Assembly: GCA_964416495.1 (NCBI GenBank)
Contig: CAYQEI010000003.1
Coordinates: 1 to 33,956 of the forward strand
Length of the DNA: 33,956 nucleotides
Direction: 5' to 3'
Source of the DNA: an uncultured Gammaproteobacteria bacterium
GTDB taxonomy: Bacteria > Patescibacteriota > Patescibacteriia > Patescibacteriales > UBA12465
Part shown: one piece after another, positions 8,222-17,191 of the stretch
Numbering within the stretch: the stretch's first letter is position 1
How the letters are laid out: every line of letters begins with the position of its first letter
Made by a program: the position numbers and the translations under genes
The notes under the pieces: generated by a model
What the model was told of the DNA's origin: nothing
What the model saw: the letters and a program-made list of their open reading frames with translations, nothing else
Database searches by the model: none

Positions 8222-8656
8222 TTAACGTAGACTAATTCCAGCTGGGCTAGCAGTTTGCATCATATTACCTGTAATCTCATTAACAGTGCTACCTAGACAA
8301 TACAAGATCGTGTAAGAATAATCATCAACTGAACTGCCTTGACGCGTATAAGTATAGGCATCAGCTGTAGGACAGACACTACCATCCTTAATAGTCGGTG
8401 GAGTAGGTACTGGGTCAAGGAATTCACCAATAGAACCACCAGCAGGCGCAGAGGATGGGTACTCAGCATGATCATTGTAGTAGAGCTCTAATGCTGTCTG
8501 CATTTGCCTGACATCAGAGATACGTTTGGTATCACGAGCTCGAGCTCGGGCTTGGTTTAAAGCAAGCAATGACAGGGTTGAGAGTAAACCAATAATGGCA
8601 ATTACTACCAGTAACTCTATCAAGGTGAAACCACTTTTATTGTTTTTCATATTCAT
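8222..8656 (-). CDS. Type IV major pilin (PilA-like), paralog 1
   Basis: MKNNKSG|FTLIELLVVIAIIGLLSTLSLLAL is a canonical class III signal peptide with Gly-1/Phe+1/Glu+5. Cys pair in the C-terminal half. By comparison with paralog 2, the true start may be ATG 8650. Confidence 0.9.
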   Translation of the reverse strand: MNMKNNKSGFTLIELLVVIAIIGLLSTLSLLALNQARARARDTKRISDVRQMQTALELYYNDHAEYPSSAPAGGSIGEFLDPVPTPPTIKDGSVCPTADAYTYTRQGSSVDDYSYTILYCLGSTVNEITGNMMQTASPAGISLR

Positions 8657-8724
8657 TCTCTTAATTAACTTAAACTAGGAGAAAAAAACTAGCTTAAGTG
8701 AGTGCATAAATAAATTTCAATTAA

Positions 8725-8733
8725 ATTATAGCA
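8725..8733 (-). promoter_or_regulatory. Extended -10 box TGCTATAAT for pilin paralog 1
   Basis: Reverse complement of attatagca. It is followed by a ~70-nt leader containing a 10-bp hairpin (8669-8698). Confidence 0.5.
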
Positions 8734-8780
8734 AAGTTATAAAAGCAAGACAAGTCTAAACGATTAATTTCTCTAAAACA

Positions 8781-8810
8781 ATAAAAAAGAGGCCCTAATC
8801 AAGGCCTCTT
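8781..8810 (-). terminator. Rho-independent terminator after pilin paralog 2
   Basis: Stem AAGAGGCC/GGCCTCTT (8787-8794 / 8803-8810), then TTTTTTAT on the minus strand. Confidence 0.7.
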
Positions 8811-8838
8811 TTACTAATCAATTCAAATTTTAGTTAGC

Positions 8839-9264
8839 TTAGTGTAGCCAAATGCCAGCGGGTGAAGCAGTTTGTATTGAACCACCTGGGATCTCATTAA
8901 CAGTACTGCCTAAGCAATATTCAATAGAGTAGGTAGCGTTAGATTTAGCACCATGTTTAGTGTAAGTATAGGCATTTGTGCCAGGGCAACCACCATCAAT
9001 AATGGTTGGTGGAGTTGGTACTGGATCAAGGAATTCACCAATATTAGGTAATGCTACTTTCGTACCGTCAGGATAATCTCCGGTATCATTATAAAGCATC
9101 TCAAGAGCTGTCTGCATTTGTCTGACATCAGAGATACGCTTGGTATCACGAGCTCGGGCTCGGGCTTGGTTTAAAGCAAGCAATGACAGGGTTGAGAGTA
9201 AACCAATAATGGCAATTACTACCAGCAACTCTATCAAGGTAAAACCACTTTTATTATTTTTCAT
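8839..9264 (-). CDS. Type IV major pilin (PilA-like), paralog 2
   Basis: MKNNKSGFTLIELLVVIAIIGLLSTLSLLALNQARARARDTKRISDVRQMQTALE is identical to paralog 1 over ~55 aa. Shared C-terminal YCLGSTVNEIxG...QTASPAGI. Confidence 0.9.
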   Translation of the reverse strand: MKNNKSGFTLIELLVVIAIIGLLSTLSLLALNQARARARDTKRISDVRQMQTALEMLYNDTGDYPDGTKVALPNIGEFLDPVPTPPTIIDGGCPGTNAYTYTKHGAKSNATYSIEYCLGSTVNEIPGGSIQTASPAGIWLH

Positions 9265-9344
9265 ATTCTACTGTTTAAATTGGTTTAGTTTTTATATTAA
9301 TTGATAAAAAAACTAAGCTAATTGATTATTTATTTTCTAACTTA

Positions 9345-9353
9345 ATTATAGCA
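9345..9353 (-). promoter_or_regulatory. Extended -10 box TGCTATAAT for pilin paralog 2
   Basis: Reverse complement of attatagca in the 112-nt pilC-pilin spacer. The leader contains a 9-bp hairpin (9285-9316). Confidence 0.5.
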
Positions 9354-9376
9354 AATTAGCAAAATTGAGACAAGAG

Positions 9377-10582
9377 TTAGAACTGGCCTGCTAAATTATA
9401 CATCGGCATGATAACGGCAGCGACCATGATGCCAACACCAGCACCCATAACTACCATAATGATCGGCTCCATTAATTTGCTTAAATTACTCAACATATTA
9501 TCTGATTCGCGCTCATAAAACTCAGTTACTTTATCTAACACTAAGCCGAGCTTACCAGTATGCTCACCAACTGATAACATCTGGGAGACCATTTTGGGAA
9601 TATCTTTGCTTTTGGTAATAACTGTAGCAATTGGGTTACCATCTTGGACTGACTTAATGGTGTCATCAATAATTTTCTTATAAACCTCATTACCAACAAC
9701 ATCAGACACTATTTCTAAACTTCTGGTAATGGTAACTCCACCTTTAACTAGGGTTGATAGGGAGCGGGTAAAGCGCATTACATAGATGTATTGGAATAGT
9801 TCACCAAAAATAGGTAAGTTCAATTTGGCCTTATCAATAATCCACCTCCCTGCCTTAGTTTTCATAGCATAAGAGATGAAGATGATTAAAATAATAACTC
9901 CTAATCCTACTAACCATAAATATTTTTGCAAAAAGTGTGATGTTGCTATAATCGCTTTTGTTGCCATCGGCAACTCAGCATCAGCTTCAGCTAAGATCTC
10001 AGTTAAGTTAGGAATAACATAAACCATCAAAATAATACCAACTGCTAGTAAGCCGACAATAATGAAAGCTGGATAGATCATAGCTCCTTTAATCTTTGAA
10101 GCCATGTCATAGCTCTGCTCCATATCATCTGCTAGATAAGTCAACACTTCATCTAACTTACCAGAAGTTTCACCAGATTTAATAATATTAACAAAGAAGT
10201 TAGAAAATATTTTCGGACGCTTGGCGAAGGCCTCTGATAATGGCAAACCACCATCAACCTCAAAAGCAACCTCAGCTATCATATTCTGCAAGGTAATATT
10301 TTTTGTTTGATCAACTAAAATCCGCAAAGCTTCTACTACAGTCACATTGGCAGTTATCATCACTGCTAATTGACGAGTAAAAATTACTAGCTCTTTGGTT
10401 TTAATGGGAGCAATAAAGCGACGGAACCTGGCATCAACTGAGTCAGTTGTATCAACTACAGAAAGAGGCTCAAGGTCACTTTGGCGCAAGCGTGATAAAA
10501 CATCAGACTCATTTAAGCCAACACTAACTCCCTGGCGTAGTCGGCCAGAGCTAGTTCTTGCTTTGTACTTGAAAATTGCCAT
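9377..10582 (-). CDS. pilC: Type IV pilus platform protein PilC (GspF family)
   Basis: ~400 aa polytopic protein with duplicated T2SS-F style domains (FTRQLAVMITANVTVVEAL..., FTRSLSTLVKGGVTITRSLE...). Sits next to pilB. Confidence 0.9.
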   Translation of the reverse strand: MAIFKYKARTSSGRLRQGVSVGLNESDVLSRLRQSDLEPLSVVDTTDSVDARFRRFIAPIKTKELVIFTRQLAVMITANVTVVEALRILVDQTKNITLQNMIAEVAFEVDGGLPLSEAFAKRPKIFSNFFVNIIKSGETSGKLDEVLTYLADDMEQSYDMASKIKGAMIYPAFIIVGLLAVGIILMVYVIPNLTEILAEADAELPMATKAIIATSHFLQKYLWLVGLGVIILIIFISYAMKTKAGRWIIDKAKLNLPIFGELFQYIYVMRFTRSLSTLVKGGVTITRSLEIVSDVVGNEVYKKIIDDTIKSVQDGNPIATVITKSKDIPKMVSQMLSVGEHTGKLGLVLDKVTEFYERESDNMLSNLSKLMEPIIMVVMGAGVGIMVAAVIMPMYNLAGQF

Positions 10583-10591
10583 AAGCGATTA

Positions 10592-12352
10592 TTAATCCTC
10601 AATTACCCGGTAGATTTCTTCTAAATTAGTTACTCCTTGTAATACCTTTATTATACCATCTTGCTTAATGGAAATAAACTCCTCAATCCGCTTTACCACA
10701 TCTTCACTCAATATTTCATCAGCTGAATTAATGAATTCTTTGAGCTCTTCATTGATCTCAATTACTTCAGCAATTGAAATACGACTAGAGTAACCTGTAT
10801 TCTCACAGCGAGGGCAACCAACTGCTTCATAAGCTTGAGCATTATCTATTAAATCATCTAAATTGGTAAAGCTTGGTATCTCTGCCTTAATTAATTCAGT
10901 AGAGAGTGATGATAGGATTTCTTTCATTTCTGCTTTTACTTCAGGAGTAAAGGCTGTCTCTTTTTTACAATGATTACAAAGTCGTCGGGCTAGCCTTTGC
11001 GCGACTACAGTTTTGAGGGTAGAAGCTAAAAGGAACTTTTCAGCTCTCATATCAATTAAACGTAAAACAGCACCAATAGCATTATTGGTATGCAGAGTTG
11101 AAAGCACTAAATGACCAGTTAAAGAAGCATGGATAGCAAGCTCCACTGTTTCTTCGTCACGAATTTCACCTACCATGATGATGTCAGGGTCCTGACGCAA
11201 GAGTGATCTTAGTCCACTAGCAAAGCTAAAGCCAATTCTAGGTTTTACTTGTGACTGATTAATTCCTTCAATTTCATATTCAATCGGATCTTCTAAAGTA
11301 GATATATTTACCCCTTCTTTGTTTAAGATATTTAACACCGCATACAGTGTCGTCGTCTTACCACTACCAGTAGGGCCAGTCACTAAAACCATACCATTAG
11401 TTTTCTTAACCCCGTCACGCATTCTTTTTAGGGCAAGCTGGTTGAAGCCAAGCTCTTCAAGGGTAAGGACACCGCCACTGGTATCTAAAATTCTCATTAC
11501 CACTTTCTCTTGGCTAGCTAAGGGTAAAGTGGAAATACGAAAATCAACTTCGCGGTTACTTACTATCAATCTAATCCTACCGTCTTGGGGTACCCGGGTT
11601 TCATCAAGTTTTAGTTTAGCTAACACTTTAATACGAGCTACCACAGCATTATGAACTGTTTTTGGTAGCGTTAAGGAAGTGTGTAAAATACCGTCAATAC
11701 GATAGCGTACTCGGCTTTCTTTGCCATAGGGCTCAATATGAATATCTGAAGCTCTGGCCTCAACCGCATGACGAATAATAACAGCGACGATACGTGAAAT
11801 TGGCGCACTACTAACTTCACTTGAACTCAAAACATCAACTGATTCATCTACCTCTACTAGCTCAGCTCCATCTTCTTTAGCTTTAATCCGTAAAGCACTA
11901 GAAATTTCTTCTTCTAACTTTTGATATTGTTTGATTGCTTTACGGTAACTACTGGTAGAGATTAAATAATATTCCACTTTCAAGCCCTGCTCTCTGGTAA
12001 GGAAGTTAATTGCTTCCATTGCTTTTAGGTTTGGCTCCAATAGCCCCACTTTAACCAAGTCATTTTCTTTAGAGAAGCTAATCACTTGGTAGGTATGAGC
12101 AATCTCTTCGGGGAGGAATCTGAGAGTTTCTTCTGGCACATCACCTTCAAGTAAGCTTTGATAAGGCAAATTCAGTAATAGGGCCCGCGCTTGAGCTAGC
12201 TTCTCTTCAGGAACAATTTTCTCTTCAATTAAAAAAATATTGAGGCTTGCGCCTGCTTCAACTTTTTCCTTTATCTCTTTTACCTTTTCTTGATCAACAA
12301 GTCCTTGCTCAAGCAATAAATCTAAAAGTTTGTTATCTTGACTACTTAACAT
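10592..12352 (-). CDS. pilB: Type IV pilus assembly ATPase PilB (GspE family)
   Basis: Walker A GPTGSGKTTT, Asp/His boxes, tetracysteine CNHC...CPRC. The track start 12439 overlaps the upstream gene. ATG 12352 (MLSSQDNKLLDLL...) lies 13 nt after that gene's stop. Confidence 0.9.
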   Translation of the reverse strand: MLSSQDNKLLDLLLEQGLVDQEKVKEIKEKVEAGASLNIFLIEEKIVPEEKLAQARALLLNLPYQSLLEGDVPEETLRFLPEEIAHTYQVISFSKENDLVKVGLLEPNLKAMEAINFLTREQGLKVEYYLISTSSYRKAIKQYQKLEEEISSALRIKAKEDGAELVEVDESVDVLSSSEVSSAPISRIVAVIIRHAVEARASDIHIEPYGKESRVRYRIDGILHTSLTLPKTVHNAVVARIKVLAKLKLDETRVPQDGRIRLIVSNREVDFRISTLPLASQEKVVMRILDTSGGVLTLEELGFNQLALKRMRDGVKKTNGMVLVTGPTGSGKTTTLYAVLNILNKEGVNISTLEDPIEYEIEGINQSQVKPRIGFSFASGLRSLLRQDPDIIMVGEIRDEETVELAIHASLTGHLVLSTLHTNNAIGAVLRLIDMRAEKFLLASTLKTVVAQRLARRLCNHCKKETAFTPEVKAEMKEILSSLSTELIKAEIPSFTNLDDLIDNAQAYEAVGCPRCENTGYSSRISIAEVIEINEELKEFINSADEILSEDVVKRIEEFISIKQDGIIKVLQGVTNLEEIYRVIED

Positions 12353-12365
12353 CACTAATGAAATT

Positions 12366-12674
12366 TTATTCAAATAAAGGGCTGGTATTGCCGACCCGAC
12401 ATGAATTATTATTGATATTACTTCCACAAATTTTATCAATTGAGAATAGCTTAACTTGGCTAGTTAAAGCACGCATAGCATCAGCTTGCAAAATCTCAGT
12501 ATCAATTAACTGTTCCGCTGGCAGTTCCCTTCTAATCACTACTTCAGTTTTAGTTACTCCACTAGCATCGCGATAGTAATCGATAAAATCTTGACGAAAG
12601 AAAAGCAATGCTAAAGCAGCCAACAAAACAATGGCGGTAAGGGAGTAAAAGAGGCTGGCGAAGCGATTAGACAT
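12366..12674 (-). CDS. Small single-pass membrane protein of the pilMNO-pilB operon (function unknown)
   Basis: N-terminal TM helix LFYSLTAIVLLAALALLFF. C-terminal Cys pair CGSNINNNSC. Tightly packed between the pilO-like gene and pilB. Confidence 0.55.
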   Translation of the reverse strand: MSNRFASLFYSLTAIVLLAALALLFFRQDFIDYYRDASGVTKTEVVIRRELPAEQLIDTEILQADAMRALTSQVKLFSIDKICGSNINNNSCRVGNTSPLFE

Positions 12675-12696
12675 ACTAAATTAAAGTTTAAATAAA

Positions 12697-13275
12697 TTAA
12701 CTAGCTTTATAATAATAAGTTAAAAAAGTTAGCTCAAGGCTTTCCCCTTCGACCGAATAAGAAATTCCTTGAACATCAATTAAACGAGAACTTTTTTCTA
12801 AATCCTGGATGAACTTTTTCAGATTACGATAATCAAGCCCAGAAATATTGGCTACGCCTTCAATAGCGCCGATAGTAGCGCTAATGCTAGTTGGTCCCTG
12901 ATCATTTATATCTAAAGACTCTAAAATATAACCACTACGACTAGTTATTTCCTCTAACTCTCCAAATAAACTTTCTTTGACATAGTTGTTGGGCAAAACC
13001 TGATTGAAAGTATCTAGGTCAGATACTGGTATTTTACTATAGACATTATAGATAGTTTGGAGCTCTTTGAGCCTTAACTTCTGCTCTTCAAATAACTTCT
13101 CTTGGGCGCCAATATTGCTTTTAATGACCATTTTAGTCTGAGTTAATTTGGGAGAAATAATAAAAGAATAAAGTAAAATGAAAACCAAGATAGCAACAAT
13201 GAAAGAAAGTAAAGCAAAATACTCATTTAAAAATATATTTACTTCTTCTTGGCGTGTCTTTTTTTTCTCAGACAT
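12697..13275 (-). CDS. pilO: PilO-like pilus alignment protein
   Basis: Short cytoplasmic N-terminus, one TM helix, a coiled-coil (EEQKLRLKELQ), then an alpha/beta domain. Sits after the pilN-like gene. Called from architecture and position only. Confidence 0.55.
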   Translation of the reverse strand: MSEKKKTRQEEVNIFLNEYFALLSFIVAILVFILLYSFIISPKLTQTKMVIKSNIGAQEKLFEEQKLRLKELQTIYNVYSKIPVSDLDTFNQVLPNNYVKESLFGELEEITSRSGYILESLDINDQGPTSISATIGAIEGVANISGLDYRNLKKFIQDLEKSSRLIDVQGISYSVEGESLELTFLTYYYKAS

Positions 13276-13280
13276 ATAAC

Positions 13281-13970
13281 TTATTTCTTAAAAATATCTT
13301 GGTCTAAACTAAACTCAATCGAAAAAGAAACTTCTGGTGCCCGTGAAGCTAAGTTAAGGTCAGCTAAACTAGCACCCTCACTAGCTAGCTGGGCAAGCTG
13401 TTCTTGAGTCAAAGCATGACCATCAGCACTAGCAGTTGCTACTTCAACATCTTTGACAAAAGGATCATCAAGGAATTGCTTTACTTGCCAAGACACCTCA
13501 GCAAAGGAGTTAGCATGGGCAGAAAAAGCAAAATCGCTGTTGAGTTTCAAATCTAGATTAGTATACTTGACTGTACTTAAAGTATTCTTTTCTAACCAAG
13601 AAAAGAAGTTAGACCAATAAATATGATTATCTAGTAGTGGCGTAATCACTTCAGTTTTATCTTGATAGGTAAGAGCGGCCCGTGCGTCTTCACGACTTTG
13701 ATTAATATCAGCTCGCAATAATTCAGACTCTGCCTTAATTGCCTCTAGGCGCTGCTCTTCATCCTTCTGCCACCAATTCAAACCAAAATAGAGCTCAATT
13801 AGAATAATAATAAAGGTGCCGAAAATAAAAAAGAGACTAAACAGGTTTTTCTTCCAATTAAACTCCAAGCTTATCTCTTGTTTGATGAGGTCAACTTCCA
13901 AGATTTTAGGGTTTTTGAAAGCCTGGTCTGAACTCGATTTATTTTCTTTGTTTTGTTTTAGTAAACTCAT
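13281..13970 (-). CDS. pilN: PilN-like pilus alignment protein
   Basis: ~45-aa cytoplasmic N-terminus, TM helix LFSLFFIFGTFIIILIELYF, coiled-coil. Immediately downstream of pilM. Confidence 0.55.
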   Translation of the reverse strand: MSLLKQNKENKSSSDQAFKNPKILEVDLIKQEISLEFNWKKNLFSLFFIFGTFIIILIELYFGLNWWQKDEEQRLEAIKAESELLRADINQSREDARAALTYQDKTEVITPLLDNHIYWSNFFSWLEKNTLSTVKYTNLDLKLNSDFAFSAHANSFAEVSWQVKQFLDDPFVKDVEVATASADGHALTQEQLAQLASEGASLADLNLASRAPEVSFSIEFSLDQDIFKK

Positions 13971-13973
13971 AAT

Positions 13974-15032
13974 TTACTCTATTCCCCGCATCGCTAAGCC
14001 AATAGCGACTGCTAACTTAGGTCCAGCTTCTAATAAAACTGGTTTAATCTCCTGAGGATAATTAATTCGATTCCAGGGGTCTCCAATTATTACTTTAGCA
14101 TCTAATCGGAGAGAAAGATAGTCAGCTAAGTTCAATAAGAGTGAACCACCACCGGAGAGAACAATTTTTTCAATTGGATCTGGGTTCTGTGATTGATAGA
14201 AATCGCGAAGATACTTCATTTCAGTAATTATTGGCTCAATTGATTCAAGCACTAGGTGTGGTAAGTCATTTTTGTCATCAGTCTTTTCGTTAAGGGAGAA
14301 GTTTAAATCTAACTTAAACTGCTCAGCTTGACTAAAACTCATCCCCAGTACCTCAGCTAACTTCTTTGTTATTGTCGTCGAACACACTGACAAGCTCCGG
14401 TTAAGGACAGGAATACTTTCTTTGATGATTGATAAGTCAGTACTATTAGCGCCAATCTCTACTATCATTATAGATGACTTATCATTGCCAATCAAACTCC
14501 TTACTAAAGAAAAAGTCTCAGTTTCTAGGCTAGCTAAGGACAAATTAGCTTTTTTAAATATCTCAATATATTTTTTGACTAATTTCTTTGGCGAGCCAGT
14601 TAAGAAGACTTTGAGATCGCCAGCATTTTTTATCTTTCCTTTCTCATCAGGGATAATCTTCCAATCAAGTATCATCTCATCTAAAGGTAAAGGAATAACC
14701 TTTTTAGCTTCTTCACTAATAGTACTAGCTAGCATCTTCTTGTCACCAACGCTAACATTAATAATAGAGGAAAAAACTGAAAAAGTAGGCAAAGAAACAG
14801 TGGCGCGACGCGACTGAATACCAGCCTCATTAATCACTTTACTAACTGCCCTCGCTAAATAGGAAGTATCCTCAATTTTATTGAAGTTAAGCTCAGCTAC
14901 ATTTTCGCTAAAAGCATAATTAGATAAAAAAATCTTCTTCCCCTTTTTCTTCAATTCCACCATTTTCAAAGAAGAGTCGCCGATGTCTATTCCCAAAAAA
15001 AATTTATCCTTGCTAAAAGAAAATAAGGCCAT
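13974..15032 (-). CDS. pilM: Type IV pilus assembly protein PilM (actin-like ATPase fold)
   Basis: FLGIDIGDSSLKMVELKKKG phosphate-1 motif, IVEIGANSTDLSI, LSGGGSLLLNLADYL. ~350 aa. Confidence 0.85.
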   Translation of the reverse strand: MALFSFSKDKFFLGIDIGDSSLKMVELKKKGKKIFLSNYAFSENVAELNFNKIEDTSYLARAVSKVINEAGIQSRRATVSLPTFSVFSSIINVSVGDKKMLASTISEEAKKVIPLPLDEMILDWKIIPDEKGKIKNAGDLKVFLTGSPKKLVKKYIEIFKKANLSLASLETETFSLVRSLIGNDKSSIMIVEIGANSTDLSIIKESIPVLNRSLSVCSTTITKKLAEVLGMSFSQAEQFKLDLNFSLNEKTDDKNDLPHLVLESIEPIITEMKYLRDFYQSQNPDPIEKIVLSGGGSLLLNLADYLSLRLDAKVIIGDPWNRINYPQEIKPVLLEAGPKLAVAIGLAMRGIE

Positions 15033-15119
15033 AATAAATTATTCACTAGATAAATTGAATTTTTCTCATTTTTACTATATACTAAATTATATAATATTTA
15101 TAAATATTAAACAAGGATT

Positions 15120-16400
15120 ATGTCAAAATTGGCTCGCCTTAAAAAACCTTTATTAATCATTGGATTCCTTATTCTTGTCTTTTTAATTGCCTATTTACTC
15201 TGGATAACCTTCTTTCAGGGTGGTTCTAGCCTCATCGCCCCTGGCGAAACTCCTGAAACGCAAACTCCTGGCGGTTTACCTAGTATCGATGTGGGCTCAG
15301 AGCCAGGTGATGTTTCCGATGGAGGAGATGGACGTTTACCAGGGATTGATGGCAGTGACCAGCCTGACCAAGATACTGAGATACTACCGCAAAGTCCTGA
15401 CTCACTCCAGCCTAACGAAGTTGCAGTGGGTGGTTATACTCAGACAACTGTAGTTGTGCCTGATAAGACACTCGGTCCCAGTCTCAACAGCGATGGTAGC
15501 CTAAACTTCTATAACCGTGACGATAATTTATTCTATAAATTAGATAAAAATGGTAATCTCAGCCAATTAAGTGACCGCGCCTTTTATCAAGTAGACAAAG
15601 TTACTTGGGCTAACAACAGTGACAAAGCCATCATTGAATTCCCTGATAATAATAAGATCCTCTATGACTTTGATACCAAGAAACAAGTCACTCTCCCCTC
15701 TTACTGGGAAGACTTCTCTTTCTCCCCTAGTGGCGAAAATATTACCGCTAAAAGTATCGGTCTTGATGTTGATAATCGTTGGCTAATAGTTGCCAAAGAT
15801 GACTCAGCTGATGTTATTCCACTAGAACCAATTGGTAGTCAGGCTGACTATGTCTATCCTTCTTGGTCTCCGAACAATCAAATCGTAGCCTATTATACCC
15901 AAGGCCTAGATTTTGATCGTCGTGAAATTTACTTTGTTGGTTTAAACGGCGAAAATTTCAAGTCAACTATAGCTGAAGGCCGAGGGATACAAGCCCAATG
16001 GTCTAAAAATGGTGATAATTTACTCTATAGCGCCTATCATTCACGCGATGGCTATCGACCAAGGCTGTGGGTAGTTAACTCTACTCCTAACACTATCGGT
16101 CAATCACGCCAAAACCTAGAGTTAAATACCTGGGCCGATAAATGCACCTTTGCTAGCAATACTGAAGTCTATTGTGCTGTACCTGAACAAATGCCAGAAG
16201 GAGCCGGACTAATCCCTGAGATTACCAATGACATCAAAGATAATCTCTACAAAGTCGACCTGCGTACTGGTGCCAAAACTTTAATTGCTATTCCTGATGG
16301 ACACTTCAATATTTCAAACATCATCGTTCCTAGCGACCAATCGGTTCTCTACTTCACTGACAAATTCAATCAAATGATTTACCAAGTAAAGTTAAAGTAA
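15120..16400 (+). CDS. Membrane-anchored TolB-like beta-propeller (PD40 repeat) protein
   Basis: N-terminal TM helix, Pro/Gly/Asp-rich linker, then PD40-type motifs (YPSWSPNNQIVAYYTQ, AQWSKNGDNLLYSAY). AAGGA Shine-Dalgarno sequence just upstream of ATG 15120. Confidence 0.65.
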   Translation: MSKLARLKKPLLIIGFLILVFLIAYLLWITFFQGGSSLIAPGETPETQTPGGLPSIDVGSEPGDVSDGGDGRLPGIDGSDQPDQDTEILPQSPDSLQPNEVAVGGYTQTTVVVPDKTLGPSLNSDGSLNFYNRDDNLFYKLDKNGNLSQLSDRAFYQVDKVTWANNSDKAIIEFPDNNKILYDFDTKKQVTLPSYWEDFSFSPSGENITAKSIGLDVDNRWLIVAKDDSADVIPLEPIGSQADYVYPSWSPNNQIVAYYTQGLDFDRREIYFVGLNGENFKSTIAEGRGIQAQWSKNGDNLLYSAYHSRDGYRPRLWVVNSTPNTIGQSRQNLELNTWADKCTFASNTEVYCAVPEQMPEGAGLIPEITNDIKDNLYKVDLRTGAKTLIAIPDGHFNISNIIVPSDQSVLYFTDKFNQMIYQVKLK

Positions 16401-16425
16401 GGTAAGCTAAACTTATTAGATAATA

Positions 16426-16468
16426 AAAATCAGCTCTTAATAAATGAGCTGGTTTTTATTTTTTTCTT
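16426..16468 (+). terminator. Rho-independent terminator after the TolB-like gene
   Basis: Stem ATCAGCTC/GAGCTGGT (one G-U pair) followed by TTTTTATTTTTTT. Confidence 0.65.
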
Positions 16469-16510
16469 ATCACTAACTTAAGCCCAATTAGCTAAAGTGA
16501 TAAAAAAAAT

Positions 16511-17146
16511 ATGATTACTAAATTCTTACTTGATTTGATCTTCCCAATTCGTTGTTTAGCTTGCAATCGGATCAGTAAAAATTATCTCTGCCCCCATTGC
16601 TTCCCCCAACTTAACTTCATTGGCAAGGTTAAAGGAAAAAAGCTTGCTAACATTGATGAGCTCCTAGCGGTTTTAAGCTATCGCGATGATTTAGCTAAAC
16701 TCCTTATCAAAACCTATAAATTCAAATCTATTCAGGGCATTGCCTATGTCTTAGCTGAGTACCTACGTATTTTCTGGCAAAGTCGAAGCTTACTTCAACC
16801 AGCTGAGCTCATAGTTATTCCTATCCCCTGCTCAACCCAACGAATCCGGGAGCGGGGTTTTAGTCAAGTGAAACTAATCAGTCAGTTGTTTGCTAACCAA
16901 TTTAACTACCAACATCTGACTCAACTAAAGCGCCATAATCGCAAGAGTCAAACTAAGCTAGGAGCAAAGAAAAGACAAACTAATCCCAAAAATAGCTTTT
17001 ATTGGATTGGACCTAAACTAGAAAATGCAACTGTATTACTAATAGATGATATTGTTACCACTGGAGCAACACTGACAACCGCTAGTGCTGTCTTGCGTCA
17101 AGCTGGGGCGACAAAAATCATTGCTTTAGCGCTCTTTAGGGCCTAA
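16511..17146 (+). CDS. comF: ComF family protein (ComFC-type, phosphoribosyltransferase fold)
   Basis: N-terminal Cys4 (CLAC...CPHC) and PRTase motif VLLIDDIVTTGATL. ~210 aa. Confidence 0.85.
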   Translation: MITKFLLDLIFPIRCLACNRISKNYLCPHCFPQLNFIGKVKGKKLANIDELLAVLSYRDDLAKLLIKTYKFKSIQGIAYVLAEYLRIFWQSRSLLQPAELIVIPIPCSTQRIRERGFSQVKLISQLFANQFNYQHLTQLKRHNRKSQTKLGAKKRQTNPKNSFYWIGPKLENATVLLIDDIVTTGATLTTASAVLRQAGATKIIALALFRA

Positions 17147-17156
17147 CCCTTCCCTA

Positions 17157-17185
17157 TTTACAATTTAATTTCTATTTGCTAGATT
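17157..17185 (+). promoter_or_regulatory. Promoter of the thrS T-box leader: -35 TTTACA, 17-nt spacer, extended -10 TGCTAGATT
   Basis: TTTACA 17157-17162, TAGATT 17180-17185, preceded by TGC. The predicted TSS near 17192 gives a ~227-nt leader. Confidence 0.55.
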
Positions 17186-17191
17186 ATTAGT

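Noticed and set aside
8300-9100. Diversity-generating retroelement targeting the variable pilin cores
   Set aside because: No reverse transcriptase and no template repeat were found in the window. The differences between the paralogs are not restricted to adenine-templated positions.
12353-12439. Longer PilB N-terminus (track start 12439, MIKFVEVISIIIHVG...)
   Set aside because: The extension overlaps the upstream 102-aa gene by 74 nt and adds a hydrophobic, non-PilB-like peptide. ATG 12352, just after that gene's stop, fits operon packing.
16498-16510. TGATAAAAA as an extended -10 promoter for comF
   Set aside because: The hexamer is poor and sits only 4 nt from the ATG, which is too close for either a leadered or a leaderless start. 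Read-through or another promoter is more likely.
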